From Candidatus Hadarchaeota archaeon (GTDB taxonomy: Archaea > CAYQAE01 > CAYVLA01), in contig CAYVLA010000020.1 in NCBI GenBank assembly GCA_964452145.1, positions 1 to 37,258 of the forward strand: a DNA stretch of 37,258 nucleotides, written 5' to 3'. The position numbers and the translations under genes were made by a program. Positions 9,983-19,315 of this stretch are shown here, one piece after another. The notes under the pieces are model-generated. The model was not told the origin of the DNA. It ran no database searches and saw only the letters and a list, made by a program, of their open reading frames with translations. Numbering within the stretch: the stretch's first letter is position 1; the number at the start of each line of letters is the position of its first letter.

Positions 9983-12900
9983 TCATAGTGCTTCCCCTCT
10001 TTGCCGCAGTCTCTTCCGAAAGATTATCACCAGTGCCACTATGCCAAACGCTGCCACCACGTAGAGAACGTAGCCACCTCTCACTCCTGGGGCTCTCGAC
10101 ACCGAGACATATAAACTGGCGGGCTCAGTGCTCACCTGATCCGATCTTGCACCAATTCTCATCGAATAGTCCCCCTTAGGTGCAGTGCGGGGCGGCTTGA
10201 AGGTGAGAGTCACATTCCTATCTTCTCCGGGACCCAGTTCGGTGATCGTCAAAGGAAAGTAGTCGAAAACCCAATCTGTCGGTGAGTCCACGACAAGCTG
10301 TATGTTCGTAATCCTCGTGTTGCCTCGATTCCGCACACTCACTCCCACCGAGGTTTGCTCGCCTCCCCTGGCGTCCAGATACAAGCTTCCCAGGACCAAG
10401 TCTAGCTCGGGAGTCGCCCCCACAGCGAGATTCACCAAGAAAGTCTCTTCCTGCCCCGACGCGAGTGAGCCAACCCGCACCTTCACTACAACGCGACCAG
10501 CGGCAGTCCTCGGGCTGGCCAGTATGAGAACCGGCTCCGCTGATTCGCCCGGCTCAAGCTGGACGGAAAGGACCGGTGAGCTGTCCACGACGAATACAGC
10601 CATCCAATCCGAAGACACATTGGTGCTCAGCGAGTAGGTATCCCGAGCTTTGCCCGTATTGGTCACCTTCAAGGAGAACTCAACCTGCTCCCCAGCTCTT
10701 CCCGTCTGGAACGGATTCTTGGCAAAAGCCTGTACCGAATACTGCGGAGTGATCGGCTCGACAAGAATGGAGAGCAGGACAAAGCTAGTCTGGCTACTCG
10801 CTGCCTCCTTGTCCCCGTACGAGTACCGACCCGAAAGATTGAGCACATAGACACCAGGCGTGGCGTTAGTGAAGATGTCCACCGAGATCTCCGCAACCGA
10901 TCTTCCCCCTCCCCCGACGACGAAATGTGTCACCCTGTGGCCATCGACCGTAACCTCATACGTACCCGGGATGGGGGGATCGGATGCCAGGTTCAACCAG
11001 AAATGAACAGGCTCCCTGCCCGGGTTCAAGACATCAACCTGGAACTTGATCGAGTCCCCCGCCTCCGCCAACCGGTCTGGATAAGATGAAGCAAGCCTCG
11101 GGGGTTCAGGAGGTTCCACATCAATAGCGAATGGGACAGCGCAACTTGCCCCGCCAACCACTCCGCGGACCTCGAAGACAAGTCGGTGAGACCCCGAGTC
11201 GAGGACACTCGTTGCGACACAGACGGAAACATCCTTCTTCTCACCCGGAGAAAGGTGTACGACTCGCACCGAGGTGCCTCCCCCTGCACCGATCGTGAAG
11301 CTGTACTCCCATCCGTCAGGCCCTTCCAACAGCAGTTCGTAGTCATCCCCCAGCTTCCCGCTGTTGTACAAGGAGAAGAGGCAGCACGCCTGCTGGCCTG
11401 CTTGCACCACGAAGCGGGGCACAGCAAGGCCAACCTGGATGTCGTAGACGGGTTCCCGGCCCAGAACTACCAGGACGAGGGTAAGCTCCTTCTTCTCGGA
11501 GGATCCCCCACTACCCCACCAGACATCAAGCCCCACCTCGTAGCTACCAGGATGGATCTGCGGCGGCGTATCCACCACAAGCCGCAGGACTGCCTCACTC
11601 CCCGGCTCCAGGATCACCGTGTCAGTCCGCCTGCCGTCGACTGTGAGAACTGGGTCCACAGCCAGCCCAGACGGGGCATCAAAGCCCACCCGAAAGACAG
11701 TGGCGTTCTGCAGCATGTTGCTGAGCCTGGCTTCGAATTCTGCTCTCTGACCTGCCTCGACAGTCATCGTTGGGTGGGCTGTCGTCAGCCCAACCTCCTC
11801 CTTCCCCGCATCTTGGATCTCGAACACCAACTCCGACCCTGCCTCCCCCTCTCCCAGCCACAAGGAGAAGTAGCTCACCTTCACGAGTACGGACTGGCGC
11901 TGGGGCCGGGCATTGGCGTGAACATGGACCACCACGCTTATCCCGACAGTCTGCCTCCCTTCCACGAGAAATCGGGTGGTGGGGTTGCCGTCGATGAACC
12001 ACTCGATCTCTGCCGGGATGGCATCGGGCGCCTCCAGCCCAAGCTCTAGTCTGCATTCGACATTGTCAGGGCCAGGATTTGACAACTCCAGATCGTACCG
12101 CACCGTCTCACCGGGGCGGACTGTTCTTTCGGGATACCGCACCGAAAGAGTTGGTGGATCTGGCGCAGAGATCTCCAACTCAATCGGAAGGTCCCTGGAT
12201 CCGCCGCGGCCCTGCAGGCGGGCTACTATGGATCGTTTGCCGATGAAACCAACCATCGGGGTTATGACCAAGTCGATACCCGTCGTCTCTCTTGGTTCAA
12301 GGGTGATGCTCTCAGCAGAGTCACCATCCAGGAGGGTGAGAGCGTATCGCCATCCCTCCGGTGTGTCGAGCGACATGGCGTAGGTGTCCGCCAACTTGCC
12401 TCTGTTGGTGATCGAAAAGAGGATGTATACTGCCTGCCCCGCGTCAGCCTTCATGCGGATTGAGGCAGGATGGATCTCGACATCATAGAGAGGGATTTCG
12501 GCCGTCACGTTGACGATGAGATCCCTGCGGAGTTGGGCACCATCATAGCTCACCTGTACCGATACCCCGTAGATCCCTGCCGGAATCAGGGGTGACGTCT
12601 CTATGGAGAGCGCCATATCCTTCTCCTCACCTGGTTCAAGGACCACGACAGATGCAGCAACACCACCGATGACAACGCTCATGCTCGTTGCCAGCCCTTG
12701 TGGCGGGATGATCTGGACTGAGAATCGTGTTCTCTCCCCAACCGTGTTCTTCAGCCGGGCCATGAACGTGACGGTCTCCCCGGCCTCCACCGTCATCTCA
12801 GGGTAAGGGACAAGAACGAGGGGCTCGACGGCCGGTTGCCTATCTAGATGAAGGTTGAGGCCCAACTGGACGGACAGGCTGGAGATGTGCGAGTAGGGTC

Positions 12901-13678
12901 CCGCGGGCCCGTCGAGCTCTCCAGCAATGTTGAGAAGCACCGTGTAGGTCCCGGAGGAAGCATTCTTGCTGGGTGTCGCATCCACCCTCAGAGAGGTCGT
13001 AGCCCGGGGGCTGGCATGCCAGGCCCCAACCGCTTCCACATCGCCGATGAACACCTTCGTGTCCACCTGGCCCGTCGGAGAGGATGCACACACATCGAAT
13101 CTGAAGGAGCTTGCAGACGGATTTGCCAGCCCAAGATCAAACGATACGCGTCCCCCGGCACTGGAGAGATCGTACCTCTCGGCTGTCAGGATCCGACCTA
13201 CATCCCAATCGGCCTCCACAAGAAGTACGACGTACCTTAGCTTCATCAAGGAGCTGTAACCTTCGGAGATGCAAGATATGTTGAAGAGAATGCGGCCGTC
13301 GTCTGATAGGGAGTACCGCGGCGTGTCGAGGGGCCAGCCCGCCAAGTAGATGGGGCCTTGCCTGATGTAGACGCGGCCAGGATAATCCCCAGAGCCGCCC
13401 CAGTATACGATTCCGTAGTCGCCGAGCACCAGCTCGTCGCCCTCGTAGATCTTCAATCTGTATGCAAAGGAGCCGACACACAGTCCTGCCTGGGTGCTGA
13501 CGCACAGGGCTACAACCAGGGCCAGAACCCAGAATGGCCGAGGCACCGGGATGCGGGTCACAGAAGACCGGAAACCGATAGGGCCGAGGCTGTGCAGAAT
13601 CCTCTCGGATTCCGCCATAGACAACATGTCCGTCGCCGTGGTCCCTCTGACGGCAGAACTGATCTGGTCATGGGACAT
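9983..13678 (-). CDS. Large surface protein with repeated Ig-like (NEW3/COG1470-like) domains and C-terminal TM
   Basis: Repeated AG...N.G...D.Y.L...P.GW...L.PGE units; final VRNRGNTRITNIQLVVDSPTDW...LGPGE...GDYSM domain; C-terminal TM + RKRLRQR. Last gene of the ABC operon. The true start may be downstream of 13678. Confidence 0.85.
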   Translation of the reverse strand: MSHDQISSAVRGTTATDMLSMAESERILHSLGPIGFRSSVTRIPVPRPFWVLALVVALCVSTQAGLCVGSFAYRLKIYEGDELVLGDYGIVYWGGSGDYPGRVYIRQGPIYLAGWPLDTPRYSLSDDGRILFNISCISEGYSSLMKLRYVVLLVEADWDVGRILTAERYDLSSAGGRVSFDLGLANPSASSFRFDVCASSPTGQVDTKVFIGDVEAVGAWHASPRATTSLRVDATPSKNASSGTYTVLLNIAGELDGPAGPYSHISSLSVQLGLNLHLDRQPAVEPLVLVPYPEMTVEAGETVTFMARLKNTVGERTRFSVQIIPPQGLATSMSVVIGGVAASVVVLEPGEEKDMALSIETSPLIPAGIYGVSVQVSYDGAQLRRDLIVNVTAEIPLYDVEIHPASIRMKADAGQAVYILFSITNRGKLADTYAMSLDTPEGWRYALTLLDGDSAESITLEPRETTGIDLVITPMVGFIGKRSIVARLQGRGGSRDLPIELEISAPDPPTLSVRYPERTVRPGETVRYDLELSNPGPDNVECRLELGLEAPDAIPAEIEWFIDGNPTTRFLVEGRQTVGISVVVHVHANARPQRQSVLVKVSYFSLWLGEGEAGSELVFEIQDAGKEEVGLTTAHPTMTVEAGQRAEFEARLSNMLQNATVFRVGFDAPSGLAVDPVLTVDGRRTDTVILEPGSEAVLRLVVDTPPQIHPGSYEVGLDVWWGSGGSSEKKELTLVLVVLGREPVYDIQVGLAVPRFVVQAGQQACCLFSLYNSGKLGDDYELLLEGPDGWEYSFTIGAGGGTSVRVVHLSPGEKKDVSVCVATSVLDSGSHRLVFEVRGVVGGASCAVPFAIDVEPPEPPRLASSYPDRLAEAGDSIKFQVDVLNPGREPVHFWLNLASDPPIPGTYEVTVDGHRVTHFVVGGGGRSVAEISVDIFTNATPGVYVLNLSGRYSYGDKEAASSQTSFVLLSILVEPITPQYSVQAFAKNPFQTGRAGEQVEFSLKVTNTGKARDTYSLSTNVSSDWMAVFVVDSSPVLSVQLEPGESAEPVLILASPRTAAGRVVVKVRVGSLASGQEETFLVNLAVGATPELDLVLGSLYLDARGGEQTSVGVSVRNRGNTRITNIQLVVDSPTDWVFDYFPLTITELGPGEDRNVTLTFKPPRTAPKGDYSMRIGARSDQVSTEPASLYVSVSRAPGVRGGYVLYVVAAFGIVALVIIFRKRLRQRGEAL

Positions 13679-13682
13679 ATTG

Positions 13683-14384
13683 TCAGGCCTCAGTGGTCTC
13701 GATCTTCTGTCCGTCCCGCATTTCGAGGACTCGATCAGAGTAGTCTCGTACTCTCACATCGTGGGTAGCGACGACGATCGTCTTGTGAAGATCCCTGCTC
13801 AATGATCGCAGCAAGCCGAAAACCATGTGGACCGCCTCCGAGTCAAGGTCTGCGGTGGGTTCGTCTGCCAGCACGATCTCAGGGTCATTTGCCAATGCAA
13901 CGGCTATACTGGTTTTCTGCTGCTCTCCTCCAGACAACTGTGAGGGTAAGTGCCCGGATCTATGCCGTATGGACATAAGGTCGAGGAGTTCGCTAACCCT
14001 GCTCGTTCGTTCGCCCCTGCTCTTACCGGCCAGTATGAGGGGGATCTCTATGTTCTCTCTGAGTCTGTGGCCTGGCACCAGATTCAGGACCTGGAACACG
14101 AATCCTACCCTTGTTCGTCTATAGAGGGCCAGCTCCTCATCTGTGAATCTTGTCAAGTCTCTGCCATCAATGCACACTCTCCCTGAGGTAGGTCTGTCCA
14201 AGCCGCCGATCATGTTCAAGAAAGTCGTCTTCCCGCTTCCAGAAGGCCCCATCACAGCCAGCATCTCTCCCTCGCGAATCTTCTCGGAGAATCCACGAAG
14301 CGCCACAACCTCGATATCACCGGTCTTGTAGACCTTGATCAAATCTTGGGCTTCGATCTTCCATTGGTAAGATTGGTTGCTCAT
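13683..14384 (-). CDS. ABC transporter ATP-binding protein (LolD/MacB-like)
   Basis: Walker A GPSGSGKTT, signature LSGGEQQ, Walker B VLADEPT, H-loop VATHD; ATGA overlap with the permease stop. Confidence 0.95.
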   Translation of the reverse strand: MSNQSYQWKIEAQDLIKVYKTGDIEVVALRGFSEKIREGEMLAVMGPSGSGKTTFLNMIGGLDRPTSGRVCIDGRDLTRFTDEELALYRRTRVGFVFQVLNLVPGHRLRENIEIPLILAGKSRGERTSRVSELLDLMSIRHRSGHLPSQLSGGEQQKTSIAVALANDPEIVLADEPTADLDSEAVHMVFGLLRSLSRDLHKTIVVATHDVRVRDYSDRVLEMRDGQKIETTEA

Positions 14385-17134
14385 CGAATCGCCTCCTTCA
14401 GGTTTTCGGGGCTAGCAGAATTGTAGAACACAAACGATACTGCAAGTGCCAGCATCAGCCACACACCAAGGCTGATACCTATGAAGAGCCAGAGAGATCC
14501 GGCTGAGAAAACCGGAAATTCTCCCGTTCCGAGATATAGAGACTGGGCGCATGCCAGGTAGGACGCTGGCACGGAAAGGGCTAGACCAACCAGCATGGAT
14601 GGGATGAGAACCGACACCGATTCCGTGAGAAGTATCCCGATAACCCCGGTTCTACCAGCTCCTCTGGCAATCAGAAGATTGATCTCACTTCTTCTGTGTC
14701 TCTGCTTCACTGCGAACAATGCTATGAAGCTAAGAGCTGAACCGGCGAGTATGAACACAAATAGGACGCCTGTCAACTTCGTCAAGCCCACACTGGTTGC
14801 GAAGCTTGTCGTTTCGATCACCTGTCCTCGAACACCAATAGCACCAGCTATGCTCGGAAAGCGATTCTCCAGCTCCTCGGCTAGCGCGCCAGCCCCTAGA
14901 TCAGGACTATAGACCAGTAACCACTCGACTCTCTTGGCTTCCTGCGTGTAGCCCTGTTCTTTCAGTTGCCTCTCGATCTCGCCGAACAGATCTGAAGTTA
15001 TCACCCCCTTTGGGGTTAGGTCGCTCGAGGCGCCGATTCCTGGAAGACGGTCGAAGATGCCAACAACAGTGAAGTTGACCCGAACAAGAATCGTTCCCTC
15101 CGGGGCAGAAAACCTTAAGTAGACAGAAAACGCGTCGCCCTTCCCAACGTTCAACCTCTCAGCCGCCCTCCTGTCGAGTAGTATGCCTTCTTTCGATTTA
15201 TCTAGGTCTTGGATCCATCGACGATGAAAAGCGAATCTGCTCGTGGCCGCCAGATACTCGCGAGGAGAGATAACGTAGTAGATATGAGTCTCGTAGTGGT
15301 ACATTCGCAGTCCACTGATCTCTGTCACCCGAGCACCGAGTTCGCGTTCCAAGAAGTCGGAGATCATCTGTAAGGGGTGATCGGCAGAAAACAAGGAGGA
15401 GGAGGCAACCCTGAGATCAGAACCAACTTCGATGTCGTTCAACCTCGTGCTCGTTGCCATCAGAGAGTTGGGGAAGACCGTTGCAAATGCTGCAGAGGCA
15501 ATGATCATCGCTGCTACGCCGGCGAGACTTGAATTCTCAATATGGTCTCTCACCAGATTTCTTCTCGCTATCAGCACGGTCTTCCCAAAGACAACCCGCA
15601 TGGACCCGGAAAAGGCTGCAGTTGCCCTTGGCAGGGTGCTCATGACAAGGCGAGTTGAGGAAACTGCCAGCAGCAGGGGCGCCAGGATTCCGAGAGGGGC
15701 AAGAACCAGACTTAGTGACGACCAGAGTGATTCAACCAGGGCCGAAGAAATGGGATATGCCCGAAAGAAGTTTGCAGCGATAGAGGCTGAGGATATGGCC
15801 ACCGCTAGGATGTCGTATCTCCTTCTCGGCTTCCCCGTCGGTGCTTTTTGCCTCCAGCCACCGATCTCGTCTGTGGATATCGGTTCCCGTGCAAGACAAG
15901 CTCGAGCAGACATGACTGTCAGAAAGATCCCTGCAGCGAGGGTCAGTATCACTTGCCAAGTTCCAGGATATGTATGTATCTCAGTGCCTTCCTGGACACG
16001 GAGCCGGAGCCACATGGTTCCTAGAAACGAGAGGCCAACCCCGATCGCACCGCCAAGGAGTCCCAAGATGGAGGACTCAATCATTAATATCCTCCGGAGT
16101 TGTGACCTGTCCGTCCCGCGAGCGAGTAAGAGCGCTAAGGCTCTCCTTCGCTGACTATAGGAGTTTGCAATGGACAGATAGACTGTGTAAGCTGTCAAAC
16201 CCAACAGTGGGAGAGTGACCAGCAATATCCAGTATCCTGCCTCAGACACTTGTGCCCCGTATTCCCTGACAATGTTAGACAAGCTGTCAGCGACAACGAT
16301 GCGTTTCTCGGGGAAAGCCTCGACTATTTCGTCTCTTACCTTCGCCAGGGCCTGTTTCGCAGCTGCCGGCATTCCCGGTAGGCTTTGCCTACCGCCTCGC
16401 AAGCCAGCGAGGAATTTGAACCCCTCACCCCTGAACACCTCGCCTATGAAGTCTGGGATCGGGACCCACCCTTCGCCGAACTGCCTGACTCGGTAAACAT
16501 ACTGCCCAATTAGTCTGGTCGCTTCGTGAAGTTCCAGAAAGAGAATATGATCCTGCTCACTCAAGCCGAAGATCTCATAGAGTGCCTTCCTGTTCGCGTC
16601 CACGATAGCGGAAACCCTGAAGATCGTGCGTACGCTCTTATTCCTGGCCGAAGCGAGCAGGACTTGCTCTCCTGAGCTGATCGCCAGGTTCTTGGATGTG
16701 TCTCGAGTGATCACAATGGTTCCCGGTAAGATTGCGCTGGTGTCTTCTACTCCGAGCTCTTTCCAGAGGAACCCCGGGGCTTCAACACCCACCAGCATGA
16801 TGTTCTCGGCTGATTGCCCGTGCTGTGTCTGAAGCTGTCCCTGGATCCTGTGCACCATCAGTGGGCCTAGGTATTGGATGTCTGGGATCTGGGCCAGCCT
16901 AGCTTCCACGCTACTCAGTTCGGATTCGGTATCCAGGGGTTGGATTCCTATCGCGAAGTCGAGACGACCTGCTCCCAGGCTCTCCCTCAGGCCAGCTGCA
17001 ACTCTGTCGTCCGCGGTTGCATTGAGGGCTATCAACACTACTGCAAACGTGCTTATGGCTAGGAGGATAAGCAAATGTTGAGTCCATTGGCTTCGCAGGT
17101 TCCTCAGAGCCAGAATCCGCACAGAATAGGACAC
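14381..17134 (-). CDS. ABC transporter permease, FtsX/MacB-like with two permease repeats
   Basis: LALRNLR at the N-terminus; two RR.(A/E)..LL.ARG....(L/V)..IL..ES motifs; large extracellular loops. Start reassigned to GTG 17134, which follows a GGAGG RBS (ORF track extends to 17203). Confidence 0.9.
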   Translation of the reverse strand: MSYSVRILALRNLRSQWTQHLLILLAISTFAVVLIALNATADDRVAAGLRESLGAGRLDFAIGIQPLDTESELSSVEARLAQIPDIQYLGPLMVHRIQGQLQTQHGQSAENIMLVGVEAPGFLWKELGVEDTSAILPGTIVITRDTSKNLAISSGEQVLLASARNKSVRTIFRVSAIVDANRKALYEIFGLSEQDHILFLELHEATRLIGQYVYRVRQFGEGWVPIPDFIGEVFRGEGFKFLAGLRGGRQSLPGMPAAAKQALAKVRDEIVEAFPEKRIVVADSLSNIVREYGAQVSEAGYWILLVTLPLLGLTAYTVYLSIANSYSQRRRALALLLARGTDRSQLRRILMIESSILGLLGGAIGVGLSFLGTMWLRLRVQEGTEIHTYPGTWQVILTLAAGIFLTVMSARACLAREPISTDEIGGWRQKAPTGKPRRRYDILAVAISSASIAANFFRAYPISSALVESLWSSLSLVLAPLGILAPLLLAVSSTRLVMSTLPRATAAFSGSMRVVFGKTVLIARRNLVRDHIENSSLAGVAAMIIASAAFATVFPNSLMATSTRLNDIEVGSDLRVASSSLFSADHPLQMISDFLERELGARVTEISGLRMYHYETHIYYVISPREYLAATSRFAFHRRWIQDLDKSKEGILLDRRAAERLNVGKGDAFSVYLRFSAPEGTILVRVNFTVVGIFDRLPGIGASSDLTPKGVITSDLFGEIERQLKEQGYTQEAKRVEWLLVYSPDLGAGALAEELENRFPSIAGAIGVRGQVIETTSFATSVGLTKLTGVLFVFILAGSALSFIALFAVKQRHRRSEINLLIARGAGRTGVIGILLTESVSVLIPSMLVGLALSVPASYLACAQSLYLGTGEFPVFSAGSLWLFIGISLGVWLMLALAVSFVFYNSASPENLKEAIR

Positions 17135-17203
17135 CGGTGATCCCCTCCTACGAGCCAATGTACCCCGGCCCTCCAGCGGCCACGCACAGATCACGTCAGA
17201 CAC

Positions 17204-17218
17204 ACAAAAGTCTTTTGT
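17204..17218 (-). promoter_or_regulatory. Palindromic BRE/TATA-like element upstream of the ABC operon
   Basis: ACAAAAG-T-CTTTTGT inverted repeat; the minus strand reads AAAAGACTTTTG about 70 bp before GTG 17134. Confidence 0.4.
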
Positions 17219-17474
17219 CGCTATCCGCGCTTATCTTACCAACAAGGCCTTCTTCTGCCTCGGAACGGTCCCAAGCCCAAAGAAGCCTCCATTGAGGAAA
17301 AGAAGCTCGAGCAGTGCCAAAAAAGCAAGCCGAAGCCCCAAACTTGGACCCTAGAGGAGTTCAGCCTCTTCTCGTCAGCCCGGAATCTCCCTCATCTAGA
17401 ACTAAGGGACTTGGGCGAAGGCCCGGCCCACCCCCTGATCCTCCTATCGGGGCATAGGCGGGGAGCCTTATAAG
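17217..17474 (+). pseudogene. Tyrosine recombinase/integrase remnant
   Basis: VAIRAYLTNK, then after a frameshift KPKPQTWTLEEFSLF...LELRDL...LILLSGHRRGAL*. This resembles the AIR.(F/Y) / T.EE / LRD...L..SG.R.GEL box-I pattern. Confidence 0.45.
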
Positions 17475-17546
17475 CAAGCTATGAATTCCCATTCACAAAA
17501 CACAGACGAGGATGACGATAACAGTCACTCCCGGGATCGATGGCAG

Positions 17547-18721
17547 ATGGATCCTCAGAGCAAAAGCAGCAAAGAAAGACACCAGCAGCAGGGTGACGTT
17601 GGCCGTACCTTACGCATCACCCAGGCCCTGGATGCAGCGGCAAACCCAACCAGGCTGCGCATACTGCGAACCCTCAGACAAGGGTTACACACATTCACTT
17701 CACAGAGATAGCCCAGAACATGGAAATGGACATCGCTGCGGACTCGGGCATACTGGGCTTCCACCTTCGCACCCTCACCGACCGGGGCCTTGTGGCAAGG
17801 AAGAATCGCATCTACACAGTTACGGAACTGGGCAGAGGCTTGCTGTCTGCCATCGAGGATCTCATGGAGATAGAGGAGAGGGAAGAGACAATGGGAATGA
17901 GTATCGAGGAAGTAGGCACAAAACACATGGAGGCTATCAAGGAGTTCTTCAAGGAGGAGTACGGGGTCGACGAGGACTGGCTCCAATCCGTGGAGAAGAC
18001 CTACTCCTTGCTTGTGAGCGGGAGGCATCTTGCCTCAGAAGATGGGGAGATCCTAAGCCTGGTCGCCTTGGCGGATGATAGGGTGGTCGGGTTTGTGGGA
18101 GGACGCCTACTCGCCAAGGGCAGAACGGATCTGTCACTCTCTCCGGAGTGGGAGAAGGACAAGGAGTTCTACTCCTGGATCAAGGAGAGACTCCCTGATC
18201 TGGAAACCGTCCAGAAGTTGAGCAAGCAGGACAAGGAGAGGATTGTGAAGGAGACCATGTCCCGGGTAGGCGTCACAGAGAAAGAAGTCGAGAGCCATGA
18301 CTGGCTGAAGGCCTTCTTCAGGCCCGGACACCCTAAGCCCAAAGACGCTTGGATAGACATGATCTGGTCGACCCAGCGACACGAGCGCCTTGTCAAGAGG
18401 AAGCTTCTCAGCGAGTTCATGGAACGGGCAGCAGAGAAGGGGGCATGGTCGGTGCAAGCCTACCTGAGGAACCCGGAAGACGTTGCCTTGGTCACTGAGG
18501 CAGGATTCCTGAAGGCTGATGGACAGTTCTGCGCAACCTACATCGGCCCGAGAGAAGATCTGAGAAAGTACAAGCTGACGTACGGCATCAAGGTTGGATC
18601 AAGTCCATTGCACTGGGACTTCACCCATGACAGACAGTATCAGAGCGTCAAACTCACAGACACCATAGGAGACATCGCCGTAACCCTCGACACAGGCCAA
18701 CCATACGAAAGAAGAGAATGA
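17547..18721 (+). pseudogene. ArsR-like winged-helix + GNAT-fold protein, frameshifted by a 5-bp duplication
   Basis: The upstream frame encodes ALDAAANPTRLRILRTLRQGLHTF. The downstream frame encodes FTEIAQNMEM...LGFHLRTLTDRGLV...YTVTELG. TTCAC-TTCAC at 17694-17703 separates them. The C-terminal part is GNAT-like (LVALADDRVVGF, WIDMIW, EAGF). Start uncertain. Confidence 0.75.
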
Positions 18722-19134
18722 AAGCGAAGGAAGGTGGTTTCATGTGGGGCAAAGGGAAAACCGTAGGATTGATGCTCGTTTTGATCGGGCTTTCTGGGTA
18801 TCTCTGTGCTTGTCTGGTTGCAGTGTCCTTGTTCAGAGCCGGGGGAGTGGTCGCCCTGTGTGGGCTGAAGGGTCTCCAAAGGGTCATCGGAAACGCGGTG
18901 ACCGTCGTTTTTGCCTGTCTCATTGTCCTGATCCTGTGTCTGTCCAGTTACGCCATCTGGGAAGGAATGACTATGATACCCGGATTACCGGAGTTGGAGC
19001 TGGAGGCCAGAACTCATCCGGGAACAGCAGACCATCAGAGCCATTCGTCCCGACGGGTACTGAATGAGAGAAGAACACCCGGTGCCAAGACCCTGACCCG
19101 ATCGGTTGATAACCAGGGAAGCTGTCAGCCATAA
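18718..19134 (+). CDS. Small putative membrane protein
   Basis: ATGA overlap with the preceding stop; two hydrophobic segments; no recognisable family. Confidence 0.45.
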   Translation: MKAKEGGFMWGKGKTVGLMLVLIGLSGYLCACLVAVSLFRAGGVVALCGLKGLQRVIGNAVTVVFACLIVLILCLSSYAIWEGMTMIPGLPELELEARTHPGTADHQSHSSRRVLNERRTPGAKTLTRSVDNQGSCQP

Positions 19135-19315
19135 TCTGGCGCAGTGACCCTGCCGGCCCTGTGAGGATGGCCTTCTTTATCTGATTCTAAAGAATACGGA
19201 GAATCCTCTTCGGAAGGCAGAGGCGGCGGACTGCAGAATGCAAAGAAGCCGCAGGAGACGATCCTTTGATAGACAGGGGCAGCATAGTGGATCAACCTGG
19301 CTCGGCGCGGTGCGG

